Shown here: one piece after another, positions 10,381-19,999 of the stretch
Position numbering within the stretch: position 1 is the first letter of the stretch
How the letters are laid out: every line of letters starts with the position of its first letter
DNA from: Deferribacterales bacterium
GTDB lineage: Bacteria > Chrysiogenota > Deferribacteres > Deferribacterales > Geovibrionaceae
Direction: 5' to 3'
Length of the DNA: 64,000 nucleotides
Assembly: GCA_050251945.1 (NCBI GenBank)
Contig: JBFWLW010000001.1
Coordinates: 64,001 to 128,000, forward strand
The notes under the pieces: model-generated
The model's database searches: none
The model's input: the letters and a program-made list of their open reading frames with translations, nothing else
Told to the model about the DNA's origin: nothing
Made by a program: the position numbers and the translations under genes

Positions 10381-11151
10381 ATGGCAAGAGGAAACGGAAG
10401 AGATCATAAATATATGCTGGACAGATGGAAAAAAAAGTCCGGTTCTTATCCGAGATATAGCGGCAGCAATGACTGTATCGAGGCTCGCATCGTAAGCTCC
10501 ATGAAAAAAGCCGGAATAGATTTCAGCGGCAGGTCGCTTCTGGATGTCGGCTGTGGAACGGGCGTTTACACAATACGCCTTGCTAAAGAAGCGGCAAGTG
10601 TCACCGGAGTCGACATATCCCAAGAGATGCTCTCCATCCTTGAACAGGATGCGGCTGCCGAAGGCTGCTCAAATATAGAAATAATCAACAACCCGTGGGA
10701 TACATTCAACACCGGAGGCAGACAGTGGGATATCGCTGTTTCAACAATGACCCCTGCAGTACAGCTTCCTGATGATTACAGAAAAGTTCGCGACTGCGCA
10801 AAAGAGGCGGTGATCTATCTGGGGTGGGGCGGAAAAAGAGACGTTGAGCCAATAAAATATATGGTTGGCAAAAGTCAGGTGAAACCGCGCGTGTTCAACA
10901 ATTCCCAAAACATGCGTAAATGGCTGGAAGACAACGGGATAGAGCATTATTCAGAAGTGTTTGACGAAGTGCGCCCGAAAGAGATGACATTTGAAGAAGC
11001 AGTGACATACTGTCAGGACGAACTGGAGATAAGCGAGGTTTTCGCGCTTCAGAACGATATTGAAAGCGAACTGCAAAGATTTACCGATGATAAAGGTATC
11101 GTCAGATTTAACATAAGCGCCCGTCTGGAGCTTATCGTTTATAAGAAATAG
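10381..11151 (+). CDS. class I SAM-dependent methyltransferase
   Basis: LLDVGCGTG, VTGVDISQEML; GGAGGGG RBS before ATG 10381. Confidence 0.88.
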   Translation: MARGNGRDHKYMLDRWKKKSGSYPRYSGSNDCIEARIVSSMKKAGIDFSGRSLLDVGCGTGVYTIRLAKEAASVTGVDISQEMLSILEQDAAAEGCSNIEIINNPWDTFNTGGRQWDIAVSTMTPAVQLPDDYRKVRDCAKEAVIYLGWGGKRDVEPIKYMVGKSQVKPRVFNNSQNMRKWLEDNGIEHYSEVFDEVRPKEMTFEEAVTYCQDELEISEVFALQNDIESELQRFTDDKGIVRFNISARLELIVYKK

Positions 11152-11157
11152 AGGATA

Positions 11158-12267
11158 TCAGTTCCCGTTGAGATATTTTTCAATATTGAGTGCTGCCGCG
11201 TGATATCCGCATTTGACCAGTGAATCGAATTCAAATCCTGTCATCTGGTCAAGGGATGTGGGAAGCTGTCTCGCGGCAGTTACTTCGCTGACAGTGAGAT
11301 CATCCGCCTTGGAAGGATACAGCAGAACCGCACTGTCTGAAAGCGACAGGTATACGCCCGAATTGCCGTTGTTTCTGAGGAAGTTCATGAATGAGCGCAC
11401 ACGCAGCAGTCTGCTCTGTTCCAACAGAATATCTATCAATTTATTCGCCTTGCTAAGTGAAAAGCCGTCTGAGAGCGGAGTTTCTATGAACGGGGAACCT
11501 GCATCTGAAATTATCACAAAATCAACGTCCTTTGTGTTGAGCTGAACGTCCTGCTCGCCAACCTTGTAGAATGTTTCGGTGCCGAGGTTGTCGTATAATC
11601 CGCCGTCATAGATGTGAAGCTTTTTATATTCCGGCTTAACGCGCTCTTTTATGCCGGAACCTTTAAATGTTTCTTTCTCCCATCTGTATCTCGACGTATC
11701 TATTTCTATGGGACCTATGCCTATAGGAAATGCCGCAGAGATTGCCATTGCTTTGGCTGTTTTGAACATTCTGGCGGAGGCGTAGCCCGTTCTGTAGTCG
11801 CCCATGGTTTCGTTTTTGAAGCGGAAACGCTGTCCGTTTTCCCCGTTGGTTCCGTTGATTGTCCATACAGGGGTTTGCGGCAGGTCGGCAAGAACCGAGT
11901 CTATCCCCCAGAGCGATTCTATCGTCTGGGAAATTACTATACCTCTTTTGTACAGTATATTTTTCCAGTTTGAGGGTTTTATCAATGCGGACATGCTGGC
12001 TTGCTGTAATGATGTAGCTGTCATCAGATATCGCAATCTGGGGAGTATTTTTTCAGTGAACTGCGGGGCTTTCGGCCATATGTTTCCGGAAAGATGAAAG
12101 ACAAGACCCGTGAACAGGCTTCCTCCGGAGACAGAGGATATGTTTGTCACTTTCCGCATAAGATTATGTTCCGCAAGGAATTTTACCACTCCCGCATGAA
12201 ATGCGATGGCTCTTATCCCTCCGCCGGAAAGCGCAATGCCTATTTTTTTGTCGCTGAGTATCCCCAT
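11158..12267 (-). CDS. patatin-like phospholipase
   Basis: LSGGGIRA oxyanion motif, SVSGGS nucleophile, DGGLYDN. Confidence 0.9.
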   Translation of the reverse strand: MGILSDKKIGIALSGGGIRAIAFHAGVVKFLAEHNLMRKVTNISSVSGGSLFTGLVFHLSGNIWPKAPQFTEKILPRLRYLMTATSLQQASMSALIKPSNWKNILYKRGIVISQTIESLWGIDSVLADLPQTPVWTINGTNGENGQRFRFKNETMGDYRTGYASARMFKTAKAMAISAAFPIGIGPIEIDTSRYRWEKETFKGSGIKERVKPEYKKLHIYDGGLYDNLGTETFYKVGEQDVQLNTKDVDFVIISDAGSPFIETPLSDGFSLSKANKLIDILLEQSRLLRVRSFMNFLRNNGNSGVYLSLSDSAVLLYPSKADDLTVSEVTAARQLPTSLDQMTGFEFDSLVKCGYHAAALNIEKYLNGN

Positions 12268-12489
12268 TCTCCCTCCAGTGCAACGAACATTAATATCATA
12301 TCAGGGCTTTCTTGGCTACGCCATTGTCTTGTTGTTAAAAAATAGAGAATGTAATTGTATAAATATAAACGGAGATCGCAATGAATGCTATTCTTGAAGA
12401 TTATTATGTTTAAATCACAAGTAACACTTTTCAGAGGATCAGAGAGTATGTGGGTGTGATATGCACAGCAATACATAACCACATACGTG

Positions 12490-13779
12490 TTAATTTCCTA
12501 ATACATTAAATTTTACCTGTTGATTTGAAGAACCGCTTGTCAAATTTCCATCTACATCATATTGGACAGCAAGTTCAATCTTTATATCCTGTTTTCCTTC
12601 ATTTATTTCTTTTTCAAAAATGTTCTTTAATCTGTCGGATATATTACCTGATAGGATAACATTATTTTCTGAGTGAGGAGGGAAGCTGACATTGTATCTA
12701 CGAGTAAGTATAGTATCATATAGTCCAATTGATATCTGTTTTATCGTAATAAATTTGGATGTTTTATTTGTTATTGTGATTGGAATATTGATGTCTTTTT
12801 CAATATTAAATTGACTTAAAGAACAATTTAAGTCTTTCAAATTGTATGTTGTTTGTGGGAAATAGTATGAAAGAAGAGTTTTGATATTTGTTTTGAAACT
12901 ATAAATGTTTACGGACACATTTATACCATTTTCCGGGAAATCGTTATAACTGATTGATGATGGGGTGATATTGCTTTGTACTATAAAGCCTTCTTTTAAT
13001 GTAAGTGTCATTTTATAATAGGCATCTGATGAACCACATTTTGAAAAAAGAATCGGATTCATGTGGATAATTCCTTTTTTATTAAGTAATTCCGCTTTCG
13101 GATTGAATGTATAATTTATTTTCTCAATTTTATTAGATTTTATAACATTATTTCTTTCAATTGAGCATAGCAAATTATTTTCTTCATTTTCGTAACGCTT
13201 TTGAATAGAGTTAAGCATTTGTTCAACGTCGGTTTGTAGATTATTACTATCAGCCAAAAAAGGATAGGATGGTATTCCTGCTTTATTCTCAATTACTTGG
13301 TGCACACTTATTTTTATATTATATTTTTTTAGGTTTTGATATAATGAGTTTGGTATTTCAGCTTTGCTGGTAATTTGTACTGAAATTGGAAAACTAATTT
13401 TTGTCAATACTTCCAGTTCGCCCCTATGACCGTTAACGTAATCATATAAAATGAAGTTATTGTTAACTTTAACAATTCTTAATCCTTTTAACATGGTTCT
13501 ACTTGCTAGGTTTTTTACACGCCATGATTGCATCGGATAGTTTGTATATTTAGACTGAAGTTGCATTGCGTCTGAGATTTTTTGAATAATTGTATCATCA
13601 TTATCAAATTGGTTATATGAGTAAATAGTTATATCTCTACTTGCAGTTACTTCTGGTAGTTTTGCCAGGGTGGTCTCAAGATCGGCTGTTTTTAAGCTGT
13701 TTTGAAGATAAGAGCTTGATATTTCACCACATCCAGTCAAAAAAACGCAAATTGATAAAATAGATAAAATGTATTTCAT
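12490..13779 (-). CDS. hypothetical lipoprotein in an AT-rich islet
   Basis: Signal peptide with LTGC lipobox; 429-aa ORF visibly more AT-rich than its neighbours. Confidence 0.75.
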   Translation of the reverse strand: MKYILSILSICVFLTGCGEISSSYLQNSLKTADLETTLAKLPEVTASRDITIYSYNQFDNDDTIIQKISDAMQLQSKYTNYPMQSWRVKNLASRTMLKGLRIVKVNNNFILYDYVNGHRGELEVLTKISFPISVQITSKAEIPNSLYQNLKKYNIKISVHQVIENKAGIPSYPFLADSNNLQTDVEQMLNSIQKRYENEENNLLCSIERNNVIKSNKIEKINYTFNPKAELLNKKGIIHMNPILFSKCGSSDAYYKMTLTLKEGFIVQSNITPSSISYNDFPENGINVSVNIYSFKTNIKTLLSYYFPQTTYNLKDLNCSLSQFNIEKDINIPITITNKTSKFITIKQISIGLYDTILTRRYNVSFPPHSENNVILSGNISDRLKNIFEKEINEGKQDIKIELAVQYDVDGNLTSGSSNQQVKFNVLGN

Positions 13780-14187
13780 AGTTACACCAAATAATATACT
13801 ATATGCTTATTTAATACACATTATTGCTGTGAAATTCAATTTATTTCTATTAAAATCTATTACTGGATGATATTTCACTTATTTTAATATAATTATTCAA
13901 AATTTTTAAGAATAAGATTTTGTTTTAAAGAACTTGAATAAGTTTAGATTTGAAACTTTTCTTATTATTTCATATCGATTTTTTAGTTGAGGGCTACGAA
14001 TAAAACAAAAAAAATGGTATTGTTGATATGTTTATTTGGTTTTTTACAAATCTCTGATTCAAATTATAATATAAACCGTTATACAATATATAAATACTTG
14101 AGAGGTTTGAATAATGCTTTGTTTTACATTAATAGGATTAGATCTCGAATAGACCGTGGAGGGCATAAGATGACTGATTTGCTGCAA

Positions 14188-14210
14188 AGTGTGCCAGAAA
14201 GTGTGCCAAA
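14188..14210. repeat. tandem AAGTGTGCCA repeat, resembling integrase arm-type sites next to a tRNA 3' end
   Basis: aagtgtgccagaaagtgtgccaaa about 50 bp beyond the tRNA 3' end. Confidence 0.5.
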
Positions 14211-14256
14211 TGAGTTTTGTGAAAAGAAAGTCTTTGTAGATAAAGGAAAAAATTAA

Positions 14257-14330
14257 CGGGCGATGCGGGAGTCGAACCCACTACCTCAGGCTTCGGAGGC
14301 CTGCACTCTATCCTAATGAGCTAATCGCCC
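14257..14330 (-). tRNA. tRNA-Arg(CCG), CCA not encoded
   Basis: GGGCGAT..ATCGCCC acceptor stem, D arm TAGCTCATTAGGATAGAG, anticodon arm CAGGC-CTCCGAA-GCCTG, T loop GTTCGACT. Confidence 0.95.
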
Positions 14331-14864
14331 TTTGCTGAAAAGAACAGTACAATAATCTTCATGTATCTGCAAGTCAAGAACTTCCAGCCCGTGTCGTATG
14401 TAATGCTTTCGTATGTCGTAATGTTCCTCTATCGGGACACCGGAAACCACCAGAAGCCCGCCTTCGTTCAGCGAAACGTAGATGAAATCCGATATCGCCA
14501 GCAGTATATCATAATATATATTGGCGAAGATTATGTCGAAAGTGCCTTTTATGCAGGTTTCAAACCCGCAGGCTATGTGGTTGTTTGTGATGCCGTTCAG
14601 CTCGTTGCACTGCAATGCCGTGCGGCAGGCGTCGAAAGAAACGTCGTATCCTACTGCGGAACCAACCCCGAGAAGCGAAGCGCAGATGCCCAGTATGCCA
14701 GTCCCGCAACCTACGTCCAGCATGGTTTTGCCTGTAAGTTCAATGCCTTCCAGATGTTTTATACATGCTTTCGTGGTGACATGTTCGCCGCTGCCGAATG
14801 CTCCCTGATATATTTTTGCCGTGCTTCCGTTTTTAAGCGGAATTTCAAAAATTATGCGTTCCAT
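14313..14864 (-). CDS. prmA: PrmA-like (L11 methyltransferase) protein, catalytic domain only
   Basis: GAFGSGEHVTT, MLDVGCGTGIL, FDIIFANI, GGLLVVSG; start set to MERIIF; stop codon lies inside the tRNA. Confidence 0.7.
   Translation of the reverse strand: MERIIFEIPLKNGSTAKIYQGAFGSGEHVTTKACIKHLEGIELTGKTMLDVGCGTGILGICASLLGVGSAVGYDVSFDACRTALQCNELNGITNNHIACGFETCIKGTFDIIFANIYYDILLAISDFIYVSLNEGGLLVVSGVPIEEHYDIRKHYIRHGLEVLDLQIHEDYCTVLFSKGRLAH
14349..14377 (-). promoter_or_regulatory. putative sigma70 promoter for tRNA-Arg inside the prmA-like CDS
   Basis: TTGACT-17 bp-TATTGT ending about 18 bp before the tRNA 5' end. Confidence 0.55.
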
Positions 14865-14989
14865 GGTGAATAAGAGGTAACATATGCACCATTGTAAAAG
14901 CAATAATATAATCATATAGTCTAAAATTCGTTGACAATAGGGCTCTTTCAGCATAATTGTATCCATCAACTTTGTATGTGAGGTGCAAC

Positions 14990-16009
14990 GTGGCAGAATT
15001 TAAGAAAAAAGCAGCCTATAACGTGGCAATTGCCGGAGCAACTGGTGCTGTCGGCGAAACATTTTTGCAAATCCTTGAAGAGAGAAACTTTCCCATTGCA
15101 GAGCTTAAGCTTCTGGCTTCCAAACGCTCAGTGGGCAAAGAGATAACGTTCAAGGGCAAGACATATAAAGTTGAAGAATTGACGCACGACTGTTTTGACG
15201 GGGTTGATATAGCTCTTTTCAGCGCTGGCGGAGGCAGAAGTCTTGATTTTGCTCCCAGCGCGGTAAAAGCCGGAGCAGTGGTAATAGACAACTCGTCCGC
15301 TTTCCGTATGGACAAAAGTGTTCCTCTTGTCGTTCCGGAAGTTAACCCTGGGGATGCTTTTAAACACAATGGCATCATTGCAAACCCTAATTGCACAACA
15401 ATTATCATGCTTGTGGCTCTTAAGCCTCTGTATGACTTTTCAAAGATAAAAAATGTGGTAGTATCCTCATATCAGTCTACATCCGGCGCAGGTGCACAGG
15501 CTATGGAAGAGCTGATGAATCAGGCAAAAGCATGGGCAAAGGGTGAGCCTCTCAAGGTTGAAAAATTTGCTCATCAGATACTCTTCAACGTTATCCCCCA
15601 TGTGGATTCGTTCACTGACAACGGGTATACCAAAGAAGAGCTTAAGATGTTCAACGAAACAAGAAAGATGCTCCACGACGACGAGATAAAAGTGAGCGCA
15701 ACCTGTGTGCGTGTTCCCACGCTGTCCGCCCACTCTGAGTCTGTGACAATAGAGACCGAACAGCCCATCAGCCCTGAAAAGGCAAGGGAACTGTTTGAAA
15801 AGGCGCCAGGACTGAAACTTCTGGACGATCCGGCGAACAACAAGTATCCGATGCCTCTTTTCGTTGCAGGCGGTGACGACTGCTATGTGGGACGTATCAG
15901 AACCGATATCGCAAGACCCAACTGTCTAACTTTCTGGGTTGTGGGTGACCAGCTCCGTAAGGGAGCCGCCACAAACGCTGTACAGATTGCAGAATTGCTG
16001 ATAAAATAA
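14990..16009 (+). CDS. asd: aspartate-semialdehyde dehydrogenase
   Basis: AGATGAVG, IDNSSAFRM, ANPNCTT, DQLRKGAATNAVQIAE; GTG start after GAGG. Confidence 0.97.
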   Translation: MAEFKKKAAYNVAIAGATGAVGETFLQILEERNFPIAELKLLASKRSVGKEITFKGKTYKVEELTHDCFDGVDIALFSAGGGRSLDFAPSAVKAGAVVIDNSSAFRMDKSVPLVVPEVNPGDAFKHNGIIANPNCTTIIMLVALKPLYDFSKIKNVVVSSYQSTSGAGAQAMEELMNQAKAWAKGEPLKVEKFAHQILFNVIPHVDSFTDNGYTKEELKMFNETRKMLHDDEIKVSATCVRVPTLSAHSESVTIETEQPISPEKARELFEKAPGLKLLDDPANNKYPMPLFVAGGDDCYVGRIRTDIARPNCLTFWVVGDQLRKGAATNAVQIAELLIK

Positions 16010-16035
16010 AATTTGTCGGTGAATTTTTAATAGAA

Positions 16036-16072
16036 AATTTCCCCCGACTCTTTTAAGTAGTCGGGGGAATTC
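16036..16072 (+). terminator. hairpin terminator after asd
   Basis: ttcccccgact..agtcgggggaa inverted repeat. Confidence 0.7.
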
Positions 16073-16302
16073 ATTGTTTATCCGTATCTTAACTTGATTT
16101 TAGACAATTGAAATGGTAATAATACTGGCATAAAAATGAACCTTAGTTAATTTAATTTTGGGCGATTTTACTTGCTTTGCGGACATATATTCATTAATTA
16201 TTAATAATTAGTGTTCCTATCTGAATCTGCGGACAATAATTGCTTGATTTTCGGGGTTCATATGTGTATATAATTTTAACTTCTTGATGTTAGGAGGTTG
16301 TA

Positions 16303-16575
16303 GTGAACAAGAAAGAGCTTATTGAGAAAATCGCAGAAATGTCAGGTCTCAAAAAATCAGACGCTGAAAAAGCACTTAAGGCTTTTGAAGAAGCCACAGT
16401 TGAGGCACTTAAAGCTGACGACAAAGTTACACTTGTCGGCTTTGGTACTTTCTCTGTTTCCGAGAGAAAAGAGCGTAAAGGAAGGAACCCCCAGAGCGGA
16501 AAAGAAATGACTATCCCCTCAAAAAGAGTTCCCAAATTTACAGCCGGCAAGCTTTTCAAAGATTCCATCGGCTAA
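16303..16575 (+). CDS. hup: DNA-binding protein HU
   Basis: MNKKELI, GFGTF, RKGRNPQSG, PKFTAGK. Confidence 0.95.
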   Translation: MNKKELIEKIAEMSGLKKSDAEKALKAFEEATVEALKADDKVTLVGFGTFSVSERKERKGRNPQSGKEMTIPSKRVPKFTAGKLFKDSIG

Positions 16576-16602
16576 GACGAATATTTGAAATAGTTTTTGT
16601 TA

Positions 16603-16640
16603 TAAAAAAGCCCTGTGCCACAAGCAGAGGGCTTTTTTTT
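16603..16640 (+). terminator. intrinsic terminator after hup
   Basis: aaaaaaagccct..agggctttttttt. Confidence 0.8.
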
Positions 16641-16795
16641 GTTGCCCGTTTAAAATTGCGTGGTATATTTAACTAGTGCCTGTAAAATAATTTTACATAT
16701 TAGTTTTTATGGCTTACTTTTGAAAATGTAGACAAGTTGTTTGTAATGCTTTATAATCATTTTTTGTTTAATGACTTTGTGTTGTCAGAGGCGGT

Positions 16796-18094
16796 ATGAG
16801 CAGAGACTTATTCGGGTTTAAAGGCGAACCATTTAGCGTTCACCCCGACAACAGATACTTTTTTTCTTCTATTTCCCACGACAAGGCTATAACCCTGCTT
16901 GAATACGGCATCAACAGCCGAAAGGGTTTTATGCTGCTCACGGGACTTAAAGGCACCGGAAAAACCATGACATGCAGTATCCTGCGTGAAGGTCTTAACG
17001 GCGTCAACACTGTCTTTGTGCCCACAGGTACCAGAGAGCCTGAAAAGCTTCTGGCAGAGATATGCAGGGGATTCGGTCTTGAATACACTGCGGATACCCA
17101 CCAGCCTGCTTTCGGTAAACTGATGGAATATTTTGTGGAACAGTACAAAGAGGGAAGAAACAGTCTTATTATTATTGACGATGCAGAGGTCATTTCCGAC
17201 GCCTGTCTTTCACTGCTTAACAGTTTTATGGAAATTGAAATCGAACAGTGCAAGCTGGTGCAGGTGATTCTTTGCGGTACTCCCGCTCTCCACGACAGAC
17301 TTAAGAGTGTAAGCAGTCAGCTCGGTCCGAAATTCACCTTTACGGTGGAATTGGCGGCGCTTTCCATGAAAGATACGGCAGATTATGTCGAACACCGTCT
17401 TAAGACCGCCATTGGCGAGGATTTCCCTCTTTTCAGAAAAAGCTCATACATAGAAATATATCATTACTCAAAAGGCATCCCTTCTGAGATAAACCGGATT
17501 GCCCAGAAGGCAATCGAGATAGCCAACGATAAAAAAGCGTCGAGAGTAACGTCAGCCATAGTTAAACAGGCCGCCGCCATGCTTTATGGTGTCAGCCGCC
17601 GCAGAACAGTGAAACTTCTGCCTGTTTTTGCCGCGCTCATCGTGATATTCGGAGCCGCATATTATCTGATGTTCCACTCTGCGCCTGTGAAGAAACCTCT
17701 GCAAACGGAACCGCCTGTTGCGATGACAGAACCTGAACCGACGCCTCCGCCTGTGGCAGAACCTCAGCCGGTGCCTGTTCAGAAAGAACCGCAGACTGTT
17801 ATGAAGCCGGAACCGCCCGTAGCAGAACCGGCACCTGAAACTATAAAAGAAGAACCTCCCGCAGCAGCTTTACAGCCTAAATACGGCTGTGTGGACGCCG
17901 CCAGCGGGCTTAAAATACGTCAGCACCCTTCAAGAAACGCCGCCAGCATAGGCAATGCGCCAAACAAAGCCAGAGTTGAGCTTGTCAGGCTCACAGACGA
18001 CGGCGGCTGGTGGGAAGTGAAATATAAGGGCAGAGACGGGTATATGTTTGCCGAGTTTGTTAAACCGAGTGAAACAGGGGAGTGTGGGAGATAG
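16796..18094 (+). CDS. ExeA-family AAA ATPase with TM, Pro-rich linker and SH3-like C-terminal domain
   Basis: FGFKGEPFS..PD, LTGLKGTGKT, IIIDDAE, GIPSEIN; C-terminal GLKIRQHPS..WWEVKY..GYM. Confidence 0.8.
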   Translation: MSRDLFGFKGEPFSVHPDNRYFFSSISHDKAITLLEYGINSRKGFMLLTGLKGTGKTMTCSILREGLNGVNTVFVPTGTREPEKLLAEICRGFGLEYTADTHQPAFGKLMEYFVEQYKEGRNSLIIIDDAEVISDACLSLLNSFMEIEIEQCKLVQVILCGTPALHDRLKSVSSQLGPKFTFTVELAALSMKDTADYVEHRLKTAIGEDFPLFRKSSYIEIYHYSKGIPSEINRIAQKAIEIANDKKASRVTSAIVKQAAAMLYGVSRRRTVKLLPVFAALIVIFGAAYYLMFHSAPVKKPLQTEPPVAMTEPEPTPPPVAEPQPVPVQKEPQTVMKPEPPVAEPAPETIKEEPPAAALQPKYGCVDAASGLKIRQHPSRNAASIGNAPNKARVELVRLTDDGGWWEVKYKGRDGYMFAEFVKPSETGECGR

Positions 18095-18783
18095 GAGCGA
18101 AACGGTTTATAGCTCTTACAGCCGTCCTTTTCATCCTTACTGGATGCGGCACCAGAGCAAAGTTCAGAAGTTACGACAAACAGCTTGACGATATCCGTTC
18201 CGATGTGCGTAATATCAGACTTATCACAGATCAGATGCACAATGAACTTGTTACGCTTAAAACCTCAGTGGATGTTGTCGGTGTGAACATCGACAGGCAG
18301 ACCAAAGATATTGAGCTGGCTAAAAAGAATCAGCAGCTCCTTTCGGATTCACTTGGCAATATGAAGGATATGGTCGTTCAGCTTGAGGCGAGAACTCTTG
18401 CTGAAAAAAAAGAGGAACTGGAAAAGCTTAAACAGGAAGAAGAGGATACGCAGATTACCGTCGTGACAAAGAAAGAGGACGGAGTTACGAAGATACAGCC
18501 CTTGGGCAAACCTGCCAAAGAAGCAACCAAACCGAATCAGAGAAAATATGCTACAGGTCCGGAAATAGACACATCAAGAACAGGTTTCGGATATGCCGTT
18601 AAAGATGGTGTGATACTCTGGCGGGCGCCTTCTAAAAACTCGGACGTGATGGAAATCCTCATTGCATGGCAGCAGGTCTCCATCCTCGGAAGTGTCAAGA
18701 ACGAAGGAGAGAACTGGCTTAAAGTCAAAACGCAGGATTACACCGGATTTGCGGATTCAAAATTCATTATCGCATCGGAATAA
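18082..18783 (+). CDS. lipoprotein with coiled coil and SH3-like domain
   Basis: LTGC lipobox, heptad-rich region, LWRAPS..WLKVKT..TGF. Confidence 0.7.
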   Translation: MWEIGAKRFIALTAVLFILTGCGTRAKFRSYDKQLDDIRSDVRNIRLITDQMHNELVTLKTSVDVVGVNIDRQTKDIELAKKNQQLLSDSLGNMKDMVVQLEARTLAEKKEELEKLKQEEEDTQITVVTKKEDGVTKIQPLGKPAKEATKPNQRKYATGPEIDTSRTGFGYAVKDGVILWRAPSKNSDVMEILIAWQQVSILGSVKNEGENWLKVKTQDYTGFADSKFIIASE

Positions 18784-18785
18784 CT

Positions 18786-19727
18786 ATGCTTAAAAACATC
18801 TATCAGAAGGCTCTGGCACTTGAAGTGATATCCCATGCCGAGCTTGAAACTCTCATCAATGCAGATATCGACGAACTCACTAATTTCGCGGAACAGATAA
18901 AAATTAAGTTTATCGGCAGCGAACCGCAGACCTGCGCTATTATAAACGCCAGAAGCGGACTTTGCTCCGAGGACTGCGCGTTTTGCGCCCAGTCTTCACA
19001 CTTTTCCACTGGTGCGCCTGTTTATAAGTACCTTGAGCTTGAACGTATTGAGGCGGCGGCGAAAGATCTTGCCGCAAAGGGTGTTGAACGGTTCAGTATT
19101 GTCACCAGCGGGCTTGTGCCTGACGATTCCGAGTTTGAAAAAATAAAAGAATCACTTAAGATAATAAAAAGATACGGGCTTAAGCCTGATGCGTCTGTGG
19201 GCTGCCTCAGCTATGAAAAGCTGATGGAACTGAAAGCCGTCGGACTTGATGCCTACCACCACAATCTTGAAGTTGCCCGCAGTTTTTTTCCGCAGATATG
19301 CACCACCCACGATTATGAGGATGACGTTCAGACCGTGCGTGATTCTGTCCGTGCAGGACTTTATACATGCAGCGGCGGGATATTCGGACTGGGCGAGACA
19401 TGGGCGCACAGATACGAACTGGCTATGACTTTGCGGGAACTCGGCGTTCATTCGGTTCCTATGAATTTCCTTAATCCCATCAAGGGAACTCCGAAAGAGG
19501 GGACAACTGTTCTTTCCGAGGAAGAGGCGATGCGCATACTCGCTGTATTCCGTTTTCTTTTGCCAAACCGCAGTATAAGGGTTTGCGGCGGGCGCAGTAT
19601 CGTTTTTTCGCATGACAGCGCTGAAAAGGTTCTGAAAGCAGGAGCCAGCGGTATTATGGTGGGTGATTATCTGACTGTCAAAGGGATATCAATCGACGAA
19701 GATATGGAATATATCAAACGCTTCTAA
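18786..19727 (+). CDS. bioB: biotin synthase
   Basis: CSEDCAFCAQS radical SAM motif, YHHNLE, CSGGIFGLGE, GDYLT. Confidence 0.95.
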   Translation: MLKNIYQKALALEVISHAELETLINADIDELTNFAEQIKIKFIGSEPQTCAIINARSGLCSEDCAFCAQSSHFSTGAPVYKYLELERIEAAAKDLAAKGVERFSIVTSGLVPDDSEFEKIKESLKIIKRYGLKPDASVGCLSYEKLMELKAVGLDAYHHNLEVARSFFPQICTTHDYEDDVQTVRDSVRAGLYTCSGGIFGLGETWAHRYELAMTLRELGVHSVPMNFLNPIKGTPKEGTTVLSEEEAMRILAVFRFLLPNRSIRVCGGRSIVFSHDSAEKVLKAGASGIMVGDYLTVKGISIDEDMEYIKRF

Positions 19728-19788
19728 GCTGTGCATTTCTGCGTTGAACTGCTTGCGTCTAAGCGTTTAAGAAAATTCATCGTAAACT

Positions 19789-19817
19789 GTCTCTGCGAGC
19801 CAACGGCGAAGCAGTCT
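19789..19817. repeat. REP-like family A, single unit
   Basis: gtctctgcgagccaacggcgaagcagtct. Confidence 0.8.
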
Positions 19818-19830
19818 ATCTCATTACCCC

Positions 19831-19999
19831 AAATTTTTTCCATCCATAGAAAAAATTTGCCAACGCTCTATTCGGCAATCTACAAAAATGGGCTCATTCA
19901 GCTTTCAGCTAGTGGTCGGTAAAACCTTCCTTCGCTCACGTTCCATTTTTACAGACGGATTACCGTCTATAAAAACTGCACGAACATCATCCTGATGTT
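19831..19999 (+). repeat. family B two-hairpin element, copy 1
   Basis: aaattttttc-CATCCATA-gaaaaaattt GCCAACGCTC ... GTCGGTAAAACC..GCTCACG ... aacat-CATCCTG-atgtt. Confidence 0.7.

Noticed and set aside
11158..12267. Patatin next to a tRNA islet as a CBASS/anti-phage effector
   Set aside because: No CD-NTase, Cap or other defence gene nearby; its composition looks host-like and it lies outside the AT-rich stretch
13987..14256. 89-aa ORF beside the tRNA as an integrase fragment
   Set aside because: No tyrosine-recombinase catalytic motif; SVPESVPN is just the translation of the DNA repeat
16178..16235. TGCGGACA repeated 50 bp apart upstream of hup
   Set aside because: Only two 8-mers with no recognisable consensus; chance cannot be excluded
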